IMG/VR virus record: IMGVR_UViG_3300021400_000095
Length of the DNA: 64,000 bases
Origin: a virus
Lineage: Duplodnaviria; Caudoviricetes
Strand: one strand, 5' to 3'
Position numbers and translations under genes: made by a program. Positions 57,581 to 64,000 of the stretch are shown here, piece after piece. The notes under the pieces are model-generated. The model was not told where the DNA came from, searched no databases, and saw only the letters and a program-made list of their open reading frames with translations. How positions within the stretch are numbered: position 1 is the first letter of the stretch; each line of letters starts with the position of its first letter.

Positions 57581-60097
57581 ATGATAGAGAGAGAAAAATA
57601 TTCAGATGAATTAAACCATGTATTTGATTACATGCTTAATGAACTTGTTAATGAAATACCAACAATTGCATTGACACCAACATACCTGATAGTCTCAATT
57701 TTAAGAGAAAAGACATCCATTGCATATAACAAATTATCAAATTGTTTAACAACAACTTCATTAAATGCAATGGAAACAACATTTACCAATTATTTAACAA
57801 CAAAGGCTTTAACTGTTGTTAAACCAGGAAGAGAACCAATGTATAGTCAATCATTTGTTTCATTAATGGAAAATGCTGAACATGAAAGAAATAAAACAAA
57901 ACAACCAAAAATTACAAGTGAACATGTCATCCTTGCAATTTTAAATGATACATCACCTGAAAATAAAATTGCAACAGTATTTAGAAGAGCTGGACTTACA
58001 TATGTTACATTCCTTGAAAAGAAAGTAACACAAAATCCAGTGCAACAAACACCAAATGCAATCCTTCTTAATTTAACAGGTGTTGAAAATCCCCAGGAAT
58101 TTATAAAAAATGTCACAGGAAACTTTATGACTGAACAAAACAACAATAATGGTGGAAATAAGAAAAAGTCAAAACACCCAAATATTGATGCATTCTGCTC
58201 AAATATTAATGACCTTGTTTTTAATCATCAAATTGACAAAATTATTGGTAGAGAAAATGAACTTGAAGAAATTATAAGAATCCTTGGCAGAAGAAGAAAA
58301 AACAATGTTATTATTGTTGGCCCTGAAGGATGTGGTAAAACAGCACTTGCTGAATCACTTGCATATAAAATTGTTGAAGGAGATGTACCTGAATTCTTGC
58401 AAAATAAAATTGTCATTTCACTTGATATGACTGCACTTGTTGCTGGAACTACTCTTAGGGGTATGTTTGAAGATAGAGTTAAAGGAATTATTAATGAAAT
58501 TAAACAAAGTGGTAATTATATCCTCCTTATTGATAATATTGGTGCTGTAATGGCAGATAAGGGTAAAAATGACTATGACATTAGTTCAATGCTCTCACAT
58601 TCCCTTGAAAATGGAGATATTCAAGTTGTTGGTACTTCTGACTATAAGTCCTATAGAGCAACATTTGATAAAGACCCTTCATTGGCAAGAAGATTTCAGA
58701 AACTTAATATTGAATCACCATCACTTGATGATTCTAAGAAAATCCTTGATGGAATTAAACAATATTATGAAGATTATCATGGTGTAAAATATACTGATAA
58801 TGCAATTAACCTTTGTGTTGAATTGGCAAATAGATATTTCCCTGAAAGAAATTTACCAGATTCTGCAATTGATATTATGGATGAAGCAGGTTCAGTTGTT
58901 GGAACAAAAGCAAATTCAAGTAAAGAAATACAACAAAAGAAAATTGAAATCAAAAATCTTGAAGATGGAATTGAAAAAGAAAAGAAAAATGAAAACTATG
59001 ATGAAGTTGATAATCTTGAAAGAGTACTTCAATCACAGAAAAACTTCTTGACCAATCTTGAAAAAGATTTTAAAGACTACAGAAAAAGATATCCTGAAGT
59101 AGTTGATGATAATGTTATATTTGAAATTGTCTCAAAGAAAACAGGTATTCCAACAAATAAATTGTCCTCAGATGATAAACAAAGAATATCACAACTTGAT
59201 GATAGACTTAAACAAGAAATTATTGGACAAGACCATGCAATTGATATGGTTTGTAGAGCAATTAAAAGAAATAGAGTTGGCCTTTCAAATAACAAATGCC
59301 TCTGCTCCTATTTGGTCCTAGGTCGGACCGGAGTCGGTAAAACTTTATTAGCCAAGATGTTAGCAAAAGAAATCTTTGGTGATGAAAAAGCATTGATTAG
59401 ATTTGATATGTCTGAATATCCTGATAAGACAGCAGTTAATAAATTAATTGGTTCAAACCCTGGATATGTTGGATATGAAGATGGTGGTTTATTAACAGAG
59501 GCAGTTAAAAACAGGAAACATTGTGTTCTTCTTCTTGATGAAATTGAAAAAGCAGATAAAGATGTATATAATATATTCTTACAGGTTCTTGATGAAGGCT
59601 TCCTTACAGATAATTCTGGAATGAAAGTAGATTTTAGAAATGTAATCATTATTTTTACATCAAATGTTGGTGCAAAAACAGCAAGTGATTTCAGTAAAGT
59701 TATTGGTTTTGTTGATGATGAAGGGAAAAATACAAAAAAAGTTATTTCAAAGGAACTTAAAAATAAATTCCCACCTGAATTTCTTAATAGATTAAATGAT
59801 ATTATATATTTCAATAATCTTACAGACAATGACCTTGAAAAAATTATTGGCCTTGAACTTAAGAAATCTGAAAATAGAATCAATAAAATTGGTTATGAAT
59901 TAAAATATAATGATGATGTTGTTAAATATCTTCTGAATATTGTTAAGGAGGAAAAAGAATTTGGTGCAAGACCTGTTATCAGAACAATTCAAACTGAAAT
60001 TGAAGATAGAATAACTGATATGCTTCTTGATAAAGAATATGAACAACAACATATATTTAATGTTACTTGTAATGAAAATAAAATAGCCATAGATTAA
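57581..60097 (+). CDS. ClpC/ClpB-family AAA+ chaperone
   Basis: Clp N-domain, IIGRENE, GPEGCGKT, LPDSAIDIMDEA, UVR-like coil, GRTGVGKT, RFDMSEY, GYVGYEDGG, LLDEIEKA, FGARP. Confidence 0.93.
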   Translation: MIEREKYSDELNHVFDYMLNELVNEIPTIALTPTYLIVSILREKTSIAYNKLSNCLTTTSLNAMETTFTNYLTTKALTVVKPGREPMYSQSFVSLMENAEHERNKTKQPKITSEHVILAILNDTSPENKIATVFRRAGLTYVTFLEKKVTQNPVQQTPNAILLNLTGVENPQEFIKNVTGNFMTEQNNNNGGNKKKSKHPNIDAFCSNINDLVFNHQIDKIIGRENELEEIIRILGRRRKNNVIIVGPEGCGKTALAESLAYKIVEGDVPEFLQNKIVISLDMTALVAGTTLRGMFEDRVKGIINEIKQSGNYILLIDNIGAVMADKGKNDYDISSMLSHSLENGDIQVVGTSDYKSYRATFDKDPSLARRFQKLNIESPSLDDSKKILDGIKQYYEDYHGVKYTDNAINLCVELANRYFPERNLPDSAIDIMDEAGSVVGTKANSSKEIQQKKIEIKNLEDGIEKEKKNENYDEVDNLERVLQSQKNFLTNLEKDFKDYRKRYPEVVDDNVIFEIVSKKTGIPTNKLSSDDKQRISQLDDRLKQEIIGQDHAIDMVCRAIKRNRVGLSNNKCLCSYLVLGRTGVGKTLLAKMLAKEIFGDEKALIRFDMSEYPDKTAVNKLIGSNPGYVGYEDGGLLTEAVKNRKHCVLLLDEIEKADKDVYNIFLQVLDEGFLTDNSGMKVDFRNVIIIFTSNVGAKTASDFSKVIGFVDDEGKNTKKVISKELKNKFPPEFLNRLNDIIYFNNLTDNDLEKIIGLELKKSENRINKIGYELKYNDDVVKYLLNIVKEEKEFGARPVIRTIQTEIEDRITDMLLDKEYEQQHIFNVTCNENKIAID

Positions 60098-60116
60098 TCT
60101 ATGGCTATTATTTTTT
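60082..60116. terminator. Bidirectional intrinsic terminator
   Basis: atagccatagatt/aatctatggctat perfect palindrome followed by T-tract. Confidence 0.75.
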
Positions 60117-60142
60117 AATCATTTTTGTCCTAAATACATGTT

Positions 60143-60520
60143 TTAGTCTTTGGTTTTCATCCCACTATTTTTTATAATTTTCTTCATCCATATATAGTTT
60201 GGTTCTTTATCATCATTTGTTAAATTATAATAACCATGTCTTTTATACCATTGGTGTGCAAAAGAACCTTTTTTAACTTTTAAACAAATTGAGGATGCCA
60301 TCATTTTTTTTGCAATTTGTTCAGTTGAAGATAAGATAACATTTCCATATCCTTGCCCTCTATTATTTTCACTAACAAAAACATTGGACAAATAAATAGT
60401 ATCTATATCATCATCATATCTGTATATAGCAAACCTAAATGTTCCATCAGATGCTCTTAAATACCAAACATCACCAAAATCTGTTTTTTCATGCCTTGTA
60501 TTTATACTAATATTTTCCAT
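60143..60520 (-). CDS. GNAT-family acetyltransferase
   Basis: YLSNVFVSENNRGQGYG..AHQWYKRHGY. Confidence 0.85.
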   Translation of the reverse strand: MENISINTRHEKTDFGDVWYLRASDGTFRFAIYRYDDDIDTIYLSNVFVSENNRGQGYGNVILSSTEQIAKKMMASSICLKVKKGSFAHQWYKRHGYYNLTNDDKEPNYIWMKKIIKNSGMKTKD

Positions 60521-60541
60521 AATAAATGAAACATTTAAGAA

Positions 60542-63439
60542 TTAACTTGCATCTACTCTTGTCCAATTGGTTGGAATACCAGATGTACCTGTTGTCCAAC
60601 TAGTTAAAGAAGGAGTAACAAATGTACCAGAATTTGTTTGAACACCAATTACCCAACCACTTGTACAATTAGATGCTGAAATATCAGTTGCTAAACATTT
60701 AATAGAATTTAACTTACTACAACTCCAAAACATATATTGATAACAACTATTTGCTAAAGTAGTAGCAGGTAGTTCTGGTGCTGTGGTTAAATTAGTACAA
60801 CCTTGGAACATACCAAAGTAACAACTATTTGCTAAAGTAGTAGCAGGTAATTCTGGTGCTTGTGTTAAACTTTTACAATTATAAAACATACTAGTACAAG
60901 CAGAAGCTGGCATCATTGTAGTTGCAGATGTGCCAATACTACTTGGGCCATTTACTAAACTAGTACAACCATAAAACATATAATAATAACAACCTTGTGC
61001 TAAAGTGGTTGCTGGTAATGCAGGTGCTGTTGTTAAACTAGTACAGCCACTAAACATATAAGTACAAGCAGATGTAGTCATTGTAGTTGCAGATGTGCCA
61101 ATACTACTTGGGCCATTTACTAAACTAGTACAACCTTGGAACATTTCTGAATAACAACATTGTGCTAATGTTGTAACTGATAATGCAGGTGCTGTAGTTA
61201 ATCCTGTACAATTTCTAAACATACCATAATAACAATAATTTGCTAATGTAGTAGCAGGTAATGCAGGTGCTGTTGTTAAACTAGTATTACCAAACATAAA
61301 TGTATAACAATAATTTGCTAATGTGGTAGCTGGTAATCCTGGTGTATTTATTAAACTAGTACAATAATAAAACATCCTTTCATAACAACCTTGTGTTAAT
61401 GCTGTTGCTGGTAATAATAAATTACTTGCATCTGTTAAACCAGTACAATAACTAAATAGTGATATAAATGTATATGCACTTTCTAATGTTGTTAATTTAG
61501 CAAAATCTGTACTATTAATTAAACTCATAATATTGCCCTTAACACTAAATTGTGCTGTACTTCCACCAAAATAATTATAACCATTATATTCTCTTAAATC
61601 ATCATATCCATAACTTTTATTATTACCTCTAAATTGAATAATATCACCACTTACAACAGAAATACTAGTGCCACCTGTAGAACTTGTTATACTTGTCCAA
61701 CTATTATTATTTAATTTATATTCTATTGTTTTATAAAAATTATGATTATCTCTACCACCTTTTTTCCATATAATATTGCCATCACTTTGTACTTCAAATG
61801 TCAATGGTGCTGCTAAATAATCATCTTCAACTGTCCAACCTGCTGGAATACCACTATCACCTGTTGTCCAATTAACACCTGCTGTTTTAACAAATGTACC
61901 AGTACTTGCCACATAACCTACCCAAGAAAATTTACAATTAGTTGCTGACATATCAGTTGCTAAACATTTAATATAATTTAAACTATTACAATAATAAAAC
62001 ATATTTCTATAGCATTCTCTAACTAATGTAGTAGCTGGCAACACAGGAGCAGTTGTTAAACTAGTACATCCATAAAACATAGAAGAATAACAACCTTCTG
62101 CTAATATTGTTGCTGGTAATTCTGGTGCTTGTGTCAAACTAGTACAATTGTAAAACATACTATTATAACAATAAATTGCTAAAGTAGTAGCTGGTAATTC
62201 TGGTGCTGTTGTTAAACTTGTACAACTATAAAACATATTATCATAACATTGTTTTGTTAATGCTGTTGCAGGTAATACAGTTGGTGCTCCTGTTAAACTG
62301 GTACAATTTCTAAACATACTATAATAACAATAAGTTGCTAAAGTAGTGGCTGGTAATTCTGGTGCAGTTGTTAAACTTGTACAACTTTGGAACATATGTC
62401 CATAACAACTATCTGCTAATGTTATTGCTGGTAATTCTGGTGCTGTTGTTAAACTTCTACAACTATCAAACATATCATAATAACACTCTTGTGCTAATGT
62501 GGTTGATGGTAATTCTGGAGCTGTGGTTAAACTACTACAACCATAAAACATTTGATAATAACATCTTGTTGTCAATGTGGTTGATGGTAATTCTGGAGCT
62601 GTGGTTAAACTACTACAACCATAAAACATTTGATAGTAACAACTTGTTGCTAAAGTAGTTGTTGGTAAATAATTAGCAGGAACACCTGTTAAACTAGTAC
62701 AACCACCAAACATACCATCATAACAGTTACTTGCTAATGTAGTTGCTGATAATTCAGGTGCTGTTGTTAAATTAGTACAACCCCAAAACATGCTTTGATA
62801 ACAACTTTCTGTTAATATAGTAGCAGGTAACTCAGGTACACTTCTTAAACTTGTACAATAACTAAACATATCCCAATAACAACCCATTGCTAATGTAGTT
62901 GCAGGTAATATTAATTCACTTGCATCTGTTAAGCCTGTACAGTGATAAAATAATCCTTGAAAATTATAACTACCTGATAAAGTTTTTAGTTTTACAAAAT
63001 CAGTACTATCAATTAAACTCATCACATTACCTTTAACACTAAATTGTGCTGTACTTCCACTAAATGAACTATATACATAATTACTATTATTACCTCTAAA
63101 TTGAACTGTGTCACCACTTTCTACAGAAATGCTTGGTGCAGTATCTCCTGTTGCATTTGTAATACTTGTCCATGTTTCACCATTGTCCTTACTATATTCA
63201 ATGGTTCTAACTGCATTATATGATGAGTCTTTTACCCATCTGATATTACCATTACTTTGAATTTCAAATGTCAATGGTGTTCCAAGAAGTCTATCTCTTT
63301 CTTTTTCTTCTTCAGTTTTATTATATCTTATGGTTGTTTTGTCATAATTTATACAAGAAACAAATGGTTCTTGATAACCATTTTCCATATATTCTTTATA
63401 ATCTTCTATTGTTTTAAAATGATGTATTGTTTCACCCAT
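60542..63439 (-). CDS. BspA-like LRR protein with two tandem capped modules (12 and 9 repeats)
   Basis: Two copies of PLTFE..QFRGNN..KGN.MSLI cap, then repeats, then IKCLATD..GTFV..WTTG.SGIP..WT cap. Confidence 0.82.
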   Translation of the reverse strand: MGETIHHFKTIEDYKEYMENGYQEPFVSCINYDKTTIRYNKTEEEKERDRLLGTPLTFEIQSNGNIRWVKDSSYNAVRTIEYSKDNGETWTSITNATGDTAPSISVESGDTVQFRGNNSNYVYSSFSGSTAQFSVKGNVMSLIDSTDFVKLKTLSGSYNFQGLFYHCTGLTDASELILPATTLAMGCYWDMFSYCTSLRSVPELPATILTESCYQSMFWGCTNLTTAPELSATTLASNCYDGMFGGCTSLTGVPANYLPTTTLATSCYYQMFYGCSSLTTAPELPSTTLTTRCYYQMFYGCSSLTTAPELPSTTLAQECYYDMFDSCRSLTTAPELPAITLADSCYGHMFQSCTSLTTAPELPATTLATYCYYSMFRNCTSLTGAPTVLPATALTKQCYDNMFYSCTSLTTAPELPATTLAIYCYNSMFYNCTSLTQAPELPATILAEGCYSSMFYGCTSLTTAPVLPATTLVRECYRNMFYYCNSLNYIKCLATDMSATNCKFSWVGYVASTGTFVKTAGVNWTTGDSGIPAGWTVEDDYLAAPLTFEVQSDGNIIWKKGGRDNHNFYKTIEYKLNNNSWTSITSSTGGTSISVVSGDIIQFRGNNKSYGYDDLREYNGYNYFGGSTAQFSVKGNIMSLINSTDFAKLTTLESAYTFISLFSYCTGLTDASNLLLPATALTQGCYERMFYYCTSLINTPGLPATTLANYCYTFMFGNTSLTTAPALPATTLANYCYYGMFRNCTGLTTAPALSVTTLAQCCYSEMFQGCTSLVNGPSSIGTSATTMTTSACTYMFSGCTSLTTAPALPATTLAQGCYYYMFYGCTSLVNGPSSIGTSATTMMPASACTSMFYNCKSLTQAPELPATTLANSCYFGMFQGCTNLTTAPELPATTLANSCYQYMFWSCSKLNSIKCLATDISASNCTSGWVIGVQTNSGTFVTPSLTSWTTGTSGIPTNWTRVDAS

Positions 63440-63614
63440 AAAAATATTTTATTTTTTAACATTATTTACTAAAGATAAATATTAAACAAATGTTAAAAAA
63501 AGCAATATAACTTTCGGATAATCAATATATTAGATACATTTTATATTTTAAATTATTGATTTTGTTTTTGTTTACAATTCAACTATTTATTATTATAATG
63601 ATATTGTATATAAC

Positions 63615-64000
63615 ATGAAAAAAGTAATTATAACAGAGGAACAAGAAAAAAAGTTAATTGGTTTATTAACAGAGGAACAGATTCAAAAAATGCCTGTTCC
63701 TGGCAAGGCAAACAAGCCATATTGTATTAATCCTGACAAGGTTTTAATTGTCAAAAAATTTTTGGACAACACATTTCCAAAAAAGGGAAAAATTGAAAGA
63801 ATTGGTGCAAATGGTTTAATTGAATTAATTCCAATTGCTAGTATTATGTCATCAACAGGTGAGCCTCTTAAAAATTTTTATAAGGAAGACATTCATGATA
63901 TGCTTGTTGAAAAATTCAAGAAAATGTTTCTTGACCACACAGAAAGGGATTTGTTTTTGAAACAAGTTGTTGAAGATTGGTTCAATAATAAGATAAGTGT
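63615..64000 (+). CDS. Hypothetical protein with leader helix (3' truncated; not in ORF track)
   Basis: ATG at 63615, MKKVIITEEQEKKLIGLLTEE, open to the window end; AACTATTTAT at 63581. Confidence 0.7.
   Translation, partial: MKKVIITEEQEKKLIGLLTEEQIQKMPVPGKANKPYCINPDKVLIVKKFLDNTFPKKGKIERIGANGLIELIPIASIMSSTGEPLKNFYKEDIHDMLVEKFKKMFLDHTERDLFLKQVVEDWFNNKIS

Noticed and set aside
10331-63439. Diversity-generating retroelement targeting the LRR genes
   Set aside because: No reverse transcriptase and no non-coding template repeat with adenine-only differences seen in this window.
1-64000. Stop-codon reassignment (TAG=Gln) as in Lak and some crAss-like phages
   Set aside because: Core genes are intact and densely packed in code 11, and TAG ends genes (e.g. 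21308-21310).
1-64000. tRNA or rRNA genes
   Set aside because: Intergenic spaces are short and AT-rich, and no cloverleaf with a T-loop consensus was found.

Overview
This is a segment of an AT-rich, T4-like (myovirus-type) large or jumbo phage genome in the standard genetic code, probably infecting a Bacteroidota host (TTTG-N19/20-TAnnTTTG promoters, A-rich leaders without Shine-Dalgarno). It holds the head module (portal, neck, terminase, major capsid protein, scaffold, prohead protease), a gp55-like late sigma factor, baseplate and virion genes, nucleotide and auxiliary genes (dUTPase, IMPDH/GMPR, PhoH, ClpC/B, three glycosyltransferases) and several free-standing zinc-ribbon/PD-(D/E)XK homing endonucleases. 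Main highlights: (1) a family-B DNA polymerase broken at its catalytic GD|TD motif into two genes carrying a naturally split Ser1/Thr+1 intein, with an endonuclease and a peptidase-like gene between the halves; (2) an inferred capsid-cargo system in which many unrelated late proteins, including a 1163-aa ART/ART/nucleotidyltransferase polyprotein, share a leader helix ending in (L/I)xE sites of the type cut by T4 prohead protease; (3) a candidate -1 frameshift at an A9 run; (4) near-total CpG (and apparent GATC) avoidance, with most surviving CpGs at conserved motifs of core genes; (5) modular display proteins (variable LRR arrays, a short/long anchor pair); (6) a conserved TATTTAT late-promoter motif and a structured leader before the late sigma gene. 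All calls come from reading motifs by eye; no database search was run.
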